From the sequence record JN849462.1: DNA of 64,000 bases; one strand, written 5' to 3'. Below the pieces are notes generated by a model. The model was not told the DNA's origin. It worked only from the letters and a program-made list of their open reading frames with translations, and ran no database searches. Shown piece after piece: positions 9,506 to 19,918 of this stretch. The position numbers and the translations under genes were made by a program. Within the stretch, counting starts at the first letter, position 1, and each line of letters opens with the position of its first letter.

Positions 9506-10374
9506 TAAATTCGAGCATAGTTACCGAGAAGACGTTCAAGGCGTACAGTGGTATTTCGGTAGTCGAACGCATGATTTTTATCTGTATGGAATAGACTCTC
9601 TTATTGATAAAGTCAAAGACTACGATTTTATTGAAATCAAGCATGTTCAAGAGGGTACGCTGGTTAAACGAGGCGAAGCTGCGGTCACGGTTACGATTAC
9701 AGATCATAGTCGTATCGCATATGGGAACATGATTGAAACATTGTTGTACAATGAGTTGTGGTATTCAAGCACGGTCGGTACGATTTTACACCGTTGCCTT
9801 GATGTGTTGCATGAAAACGGCTATGACGCCCGTTCAGCATACCCTCAAATAGGACGAGCTAGTTCAACGCCGCAACAATCAGCTAAAGCAAGGGATATGT
9901 TCGCTCGTATATTTTATCAATCATCGAATGAGAAAATACCCGTTGCGATGCACAGTGATATTCTAATCAACGGTGAGGAATATTGCATGGAGCATTATAA
10001 CGGCATCATGATTGATACTTTCGATAAGCAAGCTTGCATTGACTTGATCAACAAGAAAGACTTTCGTGGGACTGTGATGGTTGACTCTAAGCCAATAATT
10101 AGAAACAATTGAGAAAGTTCTAGCTGAAACAAAATGCTTTGTTGCACAAGCTGAAAGTGTTACACTCGATGAGTGGATAGAGATAGTGCGACATTTTAAA
10201 GGTAATAATCGAATTTTCTACGGGATTGGTAGCTTTGCATTTAGCAATATATCACGAGACACATTTGGGTTGATTTACAAAGTGTGTGCAGTTAAGAGAA
10301 ACGACAATTGGATCGGTGTTTCAAAGATGACGACAGGTAAACAAACATCGGCTGGTTATAAGGTTATAGGTTAG
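9480..10374 (+). pseudogene. divergent NAMPT/NAPRTase-like gene split by a +1 frame change near 10095-10110
   Basis: ORF 9480..10112 carries the N-terminal motifs (IETLLYNELWYSSTV, MHS, IDTFD, VDS). The +1 frame 10099..10374 encodes RIFYGIGSF...SRDTFGLIYKV...SK, matching the NAMPT C-terminus. Confidence 0.6.
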
Positions 10375-10376
10375 TT

Positions 10377-11366
10377 ATGAATTATTGTATATCGCCATTT
10401 ACATCGCCGTCTATTACACCAGACGGTTTTAAAATTTGCACCATGCCAGGTCAGAAAGTATACCCTGATATTTCATTCTGGAATAGTGATGAAGTGATCA
10501 AGATTCGCGAACAGATTATCGCTGGTGAAATACCTGAATCGTGTAAGACATGTCGTAGTATGCGTGACGGGTTGATTGTGTCAAAAGAAAAACCAACTGA
10601 TACTCATGTTGACTTGAATTTCAAAGCTCTTTACATTGCGCGGTCGAACAAGTGTGAATATGCTTGTGAAATGTGCAGTTCATCAATCTCACATAGCTAT
10701 GACAAGAAATACAATGACGGTAAGTTGGGGATTATCGAGAATGACTTTGATGTTATTCCGTACCTGCACGAAACACAAGCCGTTGCTATTTCGGGCGGGA
10801 ACCCTGTCATTGACAAAAAGGTTGCAGAGATTCTTGAGAATCTAGACCCTGACGTGGTAAAACATTTCATCATTACCTCAAATGGGACAGTCTTTCCAGA
10901 CAGATTCTTGAATGCAATTAAGCGATTGAAATGCAACGCGACTATGATATTCTCTATGGACGGACCGAAAGAGTTTAATGAAGTGGTTCGATCTGGTGCG
11001 AAGCAAGAGAGAATCTATCGCACCATTAATCGAGTTCTTGACGAGATTGAAGATTACCCAAACTTGCATGTGGCAATTGAATACACTTTCACGAATAAGT
11101 CAATTCATCACTACGTTGATTTGTATGATGAAATGCTCTTCGAGATCAACCCGAAGCATTTGAAAAACAACAAAGTCAATGTGATTGCGAATATGTGTAC
11201 ATACCCGCATCACCTTAGCGTTACAACTGTTCCCAAATCTGTCATTGATGACATATTGTTCAATCAGTTGCCATATTTGAGAAAGCAACCCAGCCCATTG
11301 TCAAATCAATTCAAACTTGGTTATGATAAGTTTTTGACTCAGTATCACAACAGCGTGATTATGTGA
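10377..11366 (+). CDS. radical SAM protein with N-terminal Cys-rich (twitch-like) segment
   Basis: CEYACEMC, ISGGNP, TSNGT, FSMDG. Confidence 0.85.
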   Translation: MNYCISPFTSPSITPDGFKICTMPGQKVYPDISFWNSDEVIKIREQIIAGEIPESCKTCRSMRDGLIVSKEKPTDTHVDLNFKALYIARSNKCEYACEMCSSSISHSYDKKYNDGKLGIIENDFDVIPYLHETQAVAISGGNPVIDKKVAEILENLDPDVVKHFIITSNGTVFPDRFLNAIKRLKCNATMIFSMDGPKEFNEVVRSGAKQERIYRTINRVLDEIEDYPNLHVAIEYTFTNKSIHHYVDLYDEMLFEINPKHLKNNKVNVIANMCTYPHHLSVTTVPKSVIDDILFNQLPYLRKQPSPLSNQFKLGYDKFLTQYHNSVIM

Positions 11367-12483
11367 TCAGATCATACGCTTTGATGTGTGAGTAAAACTC
11401 TGGACACGCAGACGATAAATTAGTTTTCGTCTTCGTGTCTATTCTCTTGTTAAGCACAAAGAATTCAGGGTTGAATTTACAAACACTGTGTTCCAGAGTA
11501 AGACATTCAGCAACGTGCTTGAATGGTCTAGACAAATCCTCACGCCCATCTTTTAAATACGCTTCTTCTTTCACTTTGAATCTTGATAATAGCTGGTCTC
11601 GAAATGCAACTGGAATGTTGTAAATTGAGTATGGATTATCAGGCTCACCAACGACATGTACAGACAGACGTACACGTTCACCATCATAAAGAGAATCAAA
11701 ATCTGAAACCAATGTTTCAAGATGTTCAAGAGTCACGTTTGACACGGTCGCAGTGATGACTACATCAAAGTGTTCCTTGATGATTTCAATGTTTGATTTG
11801 ACTTTCTTGATGTCTGCAAACAATCGAATATAATCTTGGTATTCTCGTAGACCGTCGATTGATACGAACACCGTTGATGCATTAGCTTCTTTAAGCGATT
11901 TGATGAGATCTGAGCCATCGGCTAACACTAGTGATGAACCATTCGTGAAAATATTCACCGTGCCTTTAATGTCGCCTACGCTGCGAAGAACTTCAGGAGC
12001 ATTTGACGAGCGGGTAATTTCACCACCTAGAATTGTCAATGATGAAAGCCCTTTGCTGATTGTGTTGATTGTCGTACTCAAATCATTGAATCGAGTACTT
12101 GAATCTTCTTCATTAAACAATCTAGCTTTCAAGTCTGATAATTTGCTATAGCAGTAACGACAAGCGTGGTTACATTCATTACTAGGGAATACTTGTAGCC
12201 AGCGAACTGAATCGGCAGGCATGATTGGTGAAACTTCAGAATCGTGTTCGGTTAGGCGCTGTGGATCATTATCAGTGATGCACATTTGACATGCCTTTGA
12301 TAGCTTGCTCATGTCGTGGTTTATCATCGCTTCGCGATAAGCGACTAGCTTTTCATCATTCCAAGCGTCTGCTAGGGTCTTTTCGTCTGTAAACCATTCA
12401 TAATCAGCCGAACAGCAAAACGTAATTTGGTTGTTTGCTCGTGTGATGAACTGCTTGAACGGCATATAACATAGTGGTTTCAT
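11359..12483 (-). CDS. radical SAM protein with N-terminal Cys-rich (twitch-like) segment
   Basis: CNHACRYC, ILGGE, FTNGS, VSIDG. Confidence 0.85.
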   Translation of the reverse strand: MKPLCYMPFKQFITRANNQITFCCSADYEWFTDEKTLADAWNDEKLVAYREAMINHDMSKLSKACQMCITDNDPQRLTEHDSEVSPIMPADSVRWLQVFPSNECNHACRYCYSKLSDLKARLFNEEDSSTRFNDLSTTINTISKGLSSLTILGGEITRSSNAPEVLRSVGDIKGTVNIFTNGSSLVLADGSDLIKSLKEANASTVFVSIDGLREYQDYIRLFADIKKVKSNIEIIKEHFDVVITATVSNVTLEHLETLVSDFDSLYDGERVRLSVHVVGEPDNPYSIYNIPVAFRDQLLSRFKVKEEAYLKDGREDLSRPFKHVAECLTLEHSVCKFNPEFFVLNKRIDTKTKTNLSSACPEFYSHIKAYDLIT

Positions 12484-12493
12484 GTATCTGTCC

Positions 12494-13066
12494 TTAGTTA
12501 AAAATGCTACTTGTATATATAGCGGTCTTCAGGGCATTGAAATGGTCGTCAACTCTATTCACGTGTATGCATTCAATGTCAAATCTTTCTTGGATTTCTC
12601 GGATGTTGTCTATTGAATCGTCAATGAAGTACTTCACATCATGAAGTTCGCACAGCTTATCAACATACTTTGCCTTTGAGTCGAAGTACTCAATCGAAAT
12701 CACTTCGCTAATCATTCCTGGGAATAACGCATTTAGGTTATGCACGCGATTTGACCATGCGGCTCTACTCATACTGAACTTGGTAAGTGCAATGACGTTG
12801 TACCGGTCTGAGAGTTCGCGTAGCGCATCGTGCGCGTCTTCGTATGCTGGTATGTACTTTGCACACTCATGTTCATTGTACGCCCCTATAAGCTTTCCTA
12901 TTTGCATGTCGCTCACGTTAATAAATAAAGAGCGTGCATCGGTATCAGTATTTGAACCGTTGATATTCAAATTATCAAGCATGCCTAATTGCATCATGAA
13001 GAATGGCAAGTTGGCTTTCCAGTTAAGCAAAACCCCGTCCACATCTATGATGATAGTCTTTTTCAT
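12494..13066 (-). CDS. HAD-family 5'(3')-nucleotidase-like phosphatase
   Basis: IIIDVDGVL motif I and YFIDDS motif IV; start reassigned. Confidence 0.75.
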   Translation of the reverse strand: MKKTIIIDVDGVLLNWKANLPFFMMQLGMLDNLNINGSNTDTDARSLFINVSDMQIGKLIGAYNEHECAKYIPAYEDAHDALRELSDRYNVIALTKFSMSRAAWSNRVHNLNALFPGMISEVISIEYFDSKAKYVDKLCELHDVKYFIDDSIDNIREIQERFDIECIHVNRVDDHFNALKTAIYTSSIFN

Positions 13067-13203
13067 TACTACCTCGAAAAAAATTTTTAAATTTTTCGAA
13101 AAAAGTATTGACACTTTGTTTCGTTCATGTAATACTTATCTCAACTTGACGAAACAAGTTAAACAAAACAAGACAACATTTAAATCAAAAAAAGGAAATA
13201 CAC

Positions 13204-13440
13204 ATGAAAAACTTCAAATCAATCGCAACTGCACTTCTTCTAACTATGACTTTCTCTACCGGTGCTTTCGCACACGGTTCAGGTGGTACTCTAGGTGGCA
13301 ACCTTGGCTTAGAAATGTGCAAAATCGGAGCAATCAACTGCGGCTTCCCTAAACAAGAAGTTAAAGTTGAGAAAGAAGCACCAAAAGCTGAAAAGGCTGA
13401 GGTGAAAGAAGTTAAGCTGCCAAACGACATGACTGCTTAA
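13204..13440 (+). CDS. small secreted protein
   Basis: Signal peptide ending in AFA; strong RBS. Confidence 0.6.
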   Translation: MKNFKSIATALLLTMTFSTGAFAHGSGGTLGGNLGLEMCKIGAINCGFPKQEVKVEKEAPKAEKAEVKEVKLPNDMTA

Positions 13441-13443
13441 TAC

Positions 13444-14619
13444 ATGCGTATATTATGCGACATACCGTTTAGAAATGTGGGTGATGCTATTATTGTGCTA
13501 GACCCACTTCTAAAACTAGCACGCAATCTTAGACGCAATCGCAAGAAATTTCACATATGTGTACCCCTTGCTGCATTTATGGTTCGTGGGCAGTTGAAAG
13601 GATTAATTGAGTATGTAATCCAACAGCATGACGTGCAAGACAATGTAACGGTTGTTGATTATGATGAGTTATCGGGTATTGACAATGACTTTGATCTGTA
13701 TGTTCACTACAGCACAAGTCTGGGTGGATATCTATACAATAATCGTCAATTTATGGGTGCCAAGCGTAAAGTAACAAGCAAAGTAAAAGAAGATAACTCA
13801 ATCGACTACACATTATTTGATGATGTGATTGACACTACCGCATTTGCACAATTAAATTTCCCATTATGGGCTCATTATAATGAGGTTAATAGGCAGATAT
13901 TAGAACGATATTTTGATATTTCGTGTGATGCAATTCGATACTCATTGGAACTTGACTGGAACTCGCATACGCCAGTTCCCAACCCTCAACGCAGCGACAA
14001 GACGTTTATGTTTCATGTTTGTGATGATATGTCATCGTCTGCGCGGTGGGATAATTCCGACTATATCAAATTCATAAAATGCTTGAATTCACAAATGAAA
14101 AACTTGCCTAAGATTTCATTTGTAGTTCATAATAATGAAGATTCAGTTCGAGAAATCGTCAACTCTATTGATAACGACGTTGAGTATATACAAGGTGAAT
14201 TAAAGGATATTGCAGAACATATCAATAATAATGTTCATGCTGTTTTCACTCATTCAACGGGGATTTTACACCTTGCTGCTGCACTATCATGCACGACCGT
14301 TGAACTGTCAAGGTCTCAACAGAAATATCATGGTATAGAATGGTGCCCTCCGTGTCGCAGAGGTAAGCATTTCATAATATCACCTAGATTTTTTGGATGG
14401 GACGATTTGGTCGATATAGACATAGAACTAGCCAGTAAGAAGGTATATTCATGGATGTTCGACCGACTATATTGCCCGATAGACGATACTCTTTCGGCAT
14501 ATCGAACGCTTTACTCGACTATCCTTGAAATGGAAACTCGAATTAGTAAAGATGATTTGTCAACTTTAGCATTTGCAATAGATAACAAAATTAATCAAGT
14601 TAATAATTTCAAATTTTAA
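13444..14619 (+). CDS. GT9 (heptosyltransferase-like) glycosyltransferase
   Basis: NVGDAIIV.P.L and THSTGILHLAAAL motifs. Confidence 0.65.
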   Translation: MRILCDIPFRNVGDAIIVLDPLLKLARNLRRNRKKFHICVPLAAFMVRGQLKGLIEYVIQQHDVQDNVTVVDYDELSGIDNDFDLYVHYSTSLGGYLYNNRQFMGAKRKVTSKVKEDNSIDYTLFDDVIDTTAFAQLNFPLWAHYNEVNRQILERYFDISCDAIRYSLELDWNSHTPVPNPQRSDKTFMFHVCDDMSSSARWDNSDYIKFIKCLNSQMKNLPKISFVVHNNEDSVREIVNSIDNDVEYIQGELKDIAEHINNNVHAVFTHSTGILHLAAALSCTTVELSRSQQKYHGIEWCPPCRRGKHFIISPRFFGWDDLVDIDIELASKKVYSWMFDRLYCPIDDTLSAYRTLYSTILEMETRISKDDLSTLAFAIDNKINQVNNFKF

Positions 14620-14689
14620 GTTTAACAACAACGAAAACTGACTCATAATTGAGTCTCAACAACACATAGCATAAAATGGGAGACATACA

Positions 14690-16183
14690 ATGCTAAATCT
14701 TACTCAAAATATCGCAATCGCAACTGACAGCTACAAAGTTTCACACTGGTCTCAATTCCCTCGTGGTCTAGAGTACAGCCAATATTACGTCGAAAGCCGG
14801 GGCGGCAAGTTCGACAAAATTATGGTCGATGGTATGGCATACATGTGTCGTATTCTCGAAAAAGGTGTTTCGATGAACGATGTCAAGCGTGCGAAACGTC
14901 TGTTCAAAAAGCACTTCGGTTCTGAAGTCTTCAATGACAAGGGTTGGGACATCATCGTTAACGAACTGAAAGGCAAACTGCCTATTAAGATTCGTGCGGT
15001 CAAAGAAGGTACTGTAGTACCAGTTAAACACCCTATCTTGACGATTGAGAACACAGATCCGCGTTTTGGTTGGCTACCTGGCTATCTTGAAACGTTCATC
15101 TTGCGTGCTCTTTGGTACCCGACAACTGTAGCAACGATCTCGTTCGAAGTGAAGAAAATCATTCGCCAATTCATGAAGAAAACGGTTGATGATGAGCGCA
15201 TTGCCGAACAAGAGCCGTTCAAACTTCACGACTTTGGTTCTCGTGGTGTATCAAGTGGCGAATCAGCGGCTATCGGCGGCTCTGCTCACTTGAAAAACTT
15301 CTTGGGTACTGACACCGTAGAAGCACTTGTTGCAGTTGAAGAACTTTACGCTGAAGATGTTGAAGATTTCATTGCGGGATTCTCTATTCCTGCGCGTGAA
15401 CACTCAACAACTACAATCTACAAAGAAGTTGGCGAAGATCAGGCATTCTTGAACTCTATCGAGCAATGGGGTGCGGCATTATACGCTTGTGTAATGGACA
15501 GCTACGACTACGAAGCAGCAATGAATCGTGTCTCAACTGGTCGCTTCAAAGAGCTAATCATCAGCAAAGGCGGTACGTTTGTTGCTCGTCCTGACTCTGG
15601 TGTACCTGTAGATGTAGTAATGAAAGGTCTTGAGATTCTTGGTAAAAACGTTGGTTACACAATCAACAGCAAGGGTTACAAAGTATTGCACCCTAGCTAC
15701 CGCATCATTCAAGGCGACGGCGTGAACATCGAAGAAATTCGTCGAATTTTGTCTTACATGGAAAGTAAAGGCTGGTCGGCAGAAAACATTGCATTTGGCA
15801 TGGGTGGTGGTTTGCTTCAGCAACTCGACCGTGATACTCAACGCTTTGCAATGAAAATGTCAGCGGCAATCATCAACGGCGAATACGTTAGCGTGTTCAA
15901 AATGCCAAAGACTGACCCGACAAAAGCATCAAAGGCAGGTTTCTTGGATTTGATTGCGGTCGATGCAGACAATCCGAACCCAGCGGCTCGTGGTTACGTG
16001 ACGTTCTCTTCTGAAGATTACGACAATCGCGTTCACCCGAAAAGCGTGATGCAGACCATCTTCGAAGACGGTGTAACAGTTGCTGACTTCTCACTAGAAG
16101 AAGCTCGTAAACTGTCTGACGTACAAGCTGATTTTCTGAACGAAGGTGAATGGAAAATCGCGAAAAAGATTCAAACTGCGTAA
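14690..16183 (+). CDS. nadV: nicotinamide phosphoribosyltransferase
   Basis: TDSYKVSHW, LHDFGSRG, NFLGTDT, PAREHS, RPDSG, IIQGDG, FGMGGGLLQ, RDT. Confidence 0.95.
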   Translation: MLNLTQNIAIATDSYKVSHWSQFPRGLEYSQYYVESRGGKFDKIMVDGMAYMCRILEKGVSMNDVKRAKRLFKKHFGSEVFNDKGWDIIVNELKGKLPIKIRAVKEGTVVPVKHPILTIENTDPRFGWLPGYLETFILRALWYPTTVATISFEVKKIIRQFMKKTVDDERIAEQEPFKLHDFGSRGVSSGESAAIGGSAHLKNFLGTDTVEALVAVEELYAEDVEDFIAGFSIPAREHSTTTIYKEVGEDQAFLNSIEQWGAALYACVMDSYDYEAAMNRVSTGRFKELIISKGGTFVARPDSGVPVDVVMKGLEILGKNVGYTINSKGYKVLHPSYRIIQGDGVNIEEIRRILSYMESKGWSAENIAFGMGGGLLQQLDRDTQRFAMKMSAAIINGEYVSVFKMPKTDPTKASKAGFLDLIAVDADNPNPAARGYVTFSSEDYDNRVHPKSVMQTIFEDGVTVADFSLEEARKLSDVQADFLNEGEWKIAKKIQTA

Positions 16184-16216
16184 ACGTGATATTGATCACT
16201 AAAAATCGTAAATTTA

Positions 16217-16292
16217 GGGTTGCTTCGGCAGCCCTTTTTTCGTATTATAGCTACATCGAAACGAGATACGAAAACAAAGAGAGAACATTATG
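16217..16292 (+). promoter_or_regulatory. terminator hairpin overlapping an early promoter, with conserved leader
   Basis: AGGGTTGC-TTCG-GCAGCCCT-T6, then TATTAT-AGCTACATCGAAACG...AAGAGAGAACATTATG. Confidence 0.65.
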
Positions 16293-16616
16293 CAACTAAC
16301 TTCTAACATGACTAAAGCTCAAAAAACTAAAGTTGTTGAAGGTTTCAACTTCGAGCGCGAAACAAGTCAGGGTCAATATAAGTTCCGTAACGGTTCTTAT
16401 GCTATGGAAGGATCCGATGTTGCACGTCGATTCAATCTAATCTCTACTATCGTGACTGGTAAGCCAGCGATTATTCCTGAAGCGACGGTTGCTGATTTCG
16501 ACCGCATTGTTCTTATGCAAGCAATGACTGATCAGTTCTTGACAATGAGTGCTGGTAAAGCTTCTCTTGAAGAATCTAACGAATTTGGTAAAAAAGTGCT
16601 TGCACACTTCGCTTAA
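16290..16616 (+). CDS. hypothetical early protein
   Basis: Follows the early leader. Confidence 0.6.
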   Translation: MQLTSNMTKAQKTKVVEGFNFERETSQGQYKFRNGSYAMEGSDVARRFNLISTIVTGKPAIIPEATVADFDRIVLMQAMTDQFLTMSAGKASLEESNEFGKKVLAHFA

Positions 16617-16657
16617 TTCAATTAGAATACTTACATCAACTGAGAAGAGAGAACATT

Positions 16658-16900
16658 ATGAAAGCAACTATCCCACAACTTAAAAAGAAAATCAATTCAC
16701 TTGCTGACAAATACGGTTACGCTTTTGACAAAAACGCACCGTACTACGTAAATGACGGTCGCATCAAAGCAATCGAAGCTGCAATCATTACTGTCAAAGA
16801 AGACGGTGAAGCGAATCCAACTCGTCGTTATGAGATCAGCGAAAAGCAGCTTGTGTCACTGAACAACTGGGTTCGTGATTTGAAACACAAATATCTGTGA
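16658..16900 (+). CDS. hypothetical early protein
   Basis: GAGAGAACATTATG leader. Confidence 0.6.
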   Translation: MKATIPQLKKKINSLADKYGYAFDKNAPYYVNDGRIKAIEAAIITVKEDGEANPTRRYEISEKQLVSLNNWVRDLKHKYL

Positions 16901-16906
16901 GGTAGT

Positions 16907-17146
16907 ATGTACGCAATACAAGCAACTAGTCATTTCGTTCAATTCGTTCTAAAGAGCGTGAGCGTAAATGGCTTCCCGAAATACGTGCCAATGTATACGT
17001 TTAATTTGGGAATCATAACAACATTCGCAACTCTTGAAGAATGTCAAAAGTTCATCGACGAGTACGATCCCAACCCCGACGCATGTCTGCCATGGCGTGC
17101 ATATAAACTACACGATCTTGAAATCGCTCAACTGGAGACAAAATAA
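16907..17146 (+). CDS. hypothetical protein
   Basis: GAGG RBS. Confidence 0.5.
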   Translation: MYAIQATSHFVQFVLKSVSVNGFPKYVPMYTFNLGIITTFATLEECQKFIDEYDPNPDACLPWRAYKLHDLEIAQLETK

Positions 17147-18414
17147 TGGGTTCATTTAACACTACTTGCGCAATCACTCGTACGCCAATTCAAGAAGGCG
17201 GACTTGCGCGTGTCTTTTTCTTAGAAATGGACGCATTTGCAACAAACTATTACGGTCGTCAAGGTCTGTTTAAGAACATCATGATGGGATGTGGTTGCTA
17301 CCCATGGGATAATTTCAAGATCATCGGTTACCCTCTGCTCGGCAAATATGCCGATTACAACAATTACGAGTTTGAAGATGCAGATATGGCTAATATGACG
17401 CTGACTGCAATCAACAAACGATACGTACCAAATCGAGTAGCTGAAGGCAAGACGCTTGAAGATTACAATGAATATCATGATTACATGGAAATCGACGAGA
17501 TTTCAGACATGAGTCAGCTTCAAGATATGGAACACAGTGGTTCGCTTCGAGTTAAAGGTGCGCATGGTAATGTAACTGCGGTTGTTAAAATGGCAATGCA
17601 TGAAGAAGTGTACCAAATGATGCTTGAAGGTAACGTGACTGAGGGTTGGGGTGATGATGCGAAGACGTATTCATTTGCCGACGACTTGAAACGTCTCACA
17701 GACAAGTACAGTGGTTCAGTATCTGGTTTTGATGCATTAACCGAGAAACAACAGAAGCGAATGATTGACATGCGTGATGAGCTTTACGCTAAGGCTGACG
17801 CAGGCGAAATCAATGAACGCACTAATGAACCATATACTCGTGAAGAGGCTGATCATAGCTTCGAACAAATGGTTGGATGGCTTGCTGAAGATCGTTTTGA
17901 GCTTGGTGACGAACGCGCTGAATGGTTTGCACATTCATCCCATTACCGAGATATGGCAGATCTTAAAGACAATCAAGAACTAGTTCGCAAACTAGCTGAA
18001 GCAGTCGTGGGTGCAAAATGGTGTGCTCGTTGGATGATGTGTAATAACTATGAATTCGCGCCAGTGATGACATGCGGTCAAGATTACGATACTGCTTCTC
18101 ATGCGTCGCGACTTCGTAAGCTTGCTGACATCATCGAGTCGAAGAAAAACAAATATCACTACGAAGAGCACGTTGAACTTGATGTAGTTCGTTCTGAGCG
18201 CATTGAACTATCTCTAAGTAATCTGAAAGAGCGTTTTGCTGATTGGTACGATGAAGATGAACAAGAATATCAAGATCTACTGTCAGCGATTGAAAGTGTA
18301 AAAGAACAATCAAGCTTTGTTTACGGTGATGGTTCTATTTTCGATAAATTCATTGAAGAATACGACGTTCTACGTGATGTTGAAGAAAATACACAAATTC
18401 ATTTCAAAAAGTAG
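17146..18414 (+). CDS. hypothetical acidic protein
   Basis: 422-aa ORF coupled to the upstream stop. Confidence 0.65.
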   Translation: MGSFNTTCAITRTPIQEGGLARVFFLEMDAFATNYYGRQGLFKNIMMGCGCYPWDNFKIIGYPLLGKYADYNNYEFEDADMANMTLTAINKRYVPNRVAEGKTLEDYNEYHDYMEIDEISDMSQLQDMEHSGSLRVKGAHGNVTAVVKMAMHEEVYQMMLEGNVTEGWGDDAKTYSFADDLKRLTDKYSGSVSGFDALTEKQQKRMIDMRDELYAKADAGEINERTNEPYTREEADHSFEQMVGWLAEDRFELGDERAEWFAHSSHYRDMADLKDNQELVRKLAEAVVGAKWCARWMMCNNYEFAPVMTCGQDYDTASHASRLRKLADIIESKKNKYHYEEHVELDVVRSERIELSLSNLKERFADWYDEDEQEYQDLLSAIESVKEQSSFVYGDGSIFDKFIEEYDVLRDVEENTQIHFKK

Positions 18415-18474
18415 TTGACAAGGTGCGTGAGTGGCTGTAATATGTCACTCAACGCCTAACGAGAGAACAATATT

Positions 18475-18735
18475 ATGAAAGATGAAATTACGCTGCACAT
18501 TAAGAATCATTGGTTGCACCGTCGCGCATATTTCGTACTTTACAATAAACCGATGAAATTCAGAAAGAAAGCATTGGCTGAGTGGGAAGAAAAACGCAGT
18601 GAATTTTGGTACGTAGTTCAACGACTTAATCCTGAGTTTTTCGCGCAGTGTCCTGAAGGTATGCAACCGTATTTGTCTTGCGTACCAACCCCGCGCAATG
18701 GCGCACAATACTTCTACATCAAATTTGACAAATAA
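18475..18735 (+). CDS. hypothetical early protein
   Basis: TTGACA-17-TAATAT promoter and GAGAG RBS. Confidence 0.55.
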   Translation: MKDEITLHIKNHWLHRRAYFVLYNKPMKFRKKALAEWEEKRSEFWYVVQRLNPEFFAQCPEGMQPYLSCVPTPRNGAQYFYIKFDK

Positions 18736-18746
18736 GAGAGAACATC

Positions 18747-19466
18747 ATGAAAAAATTAATCGCAATCGTAGCACTAGCAGCATCAGTAGCAATGACTGGT
18801 TGTACTGACACCATCGACAATTCAGCAACTGATCAGCTAAAAGCAGCCATGCCAGTTCTTTCTCAAACTGAAAAAGATATGCTGAATGTATTCGCTGCTC
18901 CGAACTTCTTGAGCCGTTACGACAACATGTATGCAGAAGTGGTCAAAAATCGCGTACACTTCGGTCAGAAGCCGATTCCACGAGCAGATACAGAAGTGCC
19001 GTTCTGTGATGTAATCGACGCTGTAATCGCAGCAGAGCGCGAAAACAATCTAACAGAACGTGATTACTCACTGAGCAATCAATGGAAGATGAAATACGGC
19101 ATCACACTTCTTGAGCAATGTAATCAATCAGACCGTGCTCGTATTGAAATGCAGATCGCTAAAGCAAAAGCCGATGCTGAAGCAGCTAAAGATCGAGTAA
19201 TCATCGAAGAACAAGAATTCAGCAAGAAAGAAATCAAAGCTGAGAAAATCATCGAAGACACCGTTGTAATCAAAGATGATGTGCTACTATCACCTGAACT
19301 TGTTCGTGAACTACGTGGCTCAGTTAAAGACTGTAATCGCGCTAAAGTCAAGCTAATGAGTGTAGTTGATGCCGGTGAGCAGCTAACTACAAAGCACTAC
19401 GACGAAGTTAAAGGTCTAGTTCTACAGTGTGAAATGTTGAAACTAGAAGTCGAACTCAACAAATAA
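18747..19466 (+). CDS. lipoprotein, paralog of 5054..5749
   Basis: MTGC lipobox and shared Cys-containing motifs. Confidence 0.7.
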   Translation: MKKLIAIVALAASVAMTGCTDTIDNSATDQLKAAMPVLSQTEKDMLNVFAAPNFLSRYDNMYAEVVKNRVHFGQKPIPRADTEVPFCDVIDAVIAAERENNLTERDYSLSNQWKMKYGITLLEQCNQSDRARIEMQIAKAKADAEAAKDRVIIEEQEFSKKEIKAEKIIEDTVVIKDDVLLSPELVRELRGSVKDCNRAKVKLMSVVDAGEQLTTKHYDEVKGLVLQCEMLKLEVELNK

Positions 19467-19584
19467 CATGACTTGAATCACATAAAAGCCCCTTAATTGG
19501 GGCTTTTTTCGTTTTAGCGGTTGTATGATGAATGGCAATTGCCTAATATAGCTACATCGAAACGACGAACACAAAGAGAACATT

Positions 19585-19893
19585 ATGATTATCACAGACT
19601 TCCACGCATTTGCACGCAGCGACATCGACTATAACGATAACGAGTACTTTTACATCGTAGCTGAACTACCATGCGGTTTTCGATTCGCACTTCAGGGAAC
19701 TAATTTCGGTGATGATGGTGACCGAGCAGAACGTTTCGCAGATAAGATTAATAAAGCGGGGCGTATTGACACAAATAATTGGTCAGAGATTGACCCTTGC
19801 TATGGGTCTGAAGCTCATCAACGAATCGGTGATTTTCATCTAATGAGCGAAGATGAACTCGAACACGGTAGAAAAATGGGTTATTGGTTATAA
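19585..19893 (+). CDS. hypothetical early protein
   Basis: AGCTACATCGAAACG / AAGAGAACATTATG leader. Confidence 0.6.
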   Translation: MIITDFHAFARSDIDYNDNEYFYIVAELPCGFRFALQGTNFGDDGDRAERFADKINKAGRIDTNNWSEIDPCYGSEAHQRIGDFHLMSEDELEHGRKMGYWL

Positions 19894-19918
19894 AAAAGGG
19901 AGCACTAAGCTCCCTTTC

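Noticed and set aside
12780-13352. 190-aa plus-strand ORF
   Set aside because: Antisense to the HAD gene and crossing a divergent promoter region; composition is not gene-like.
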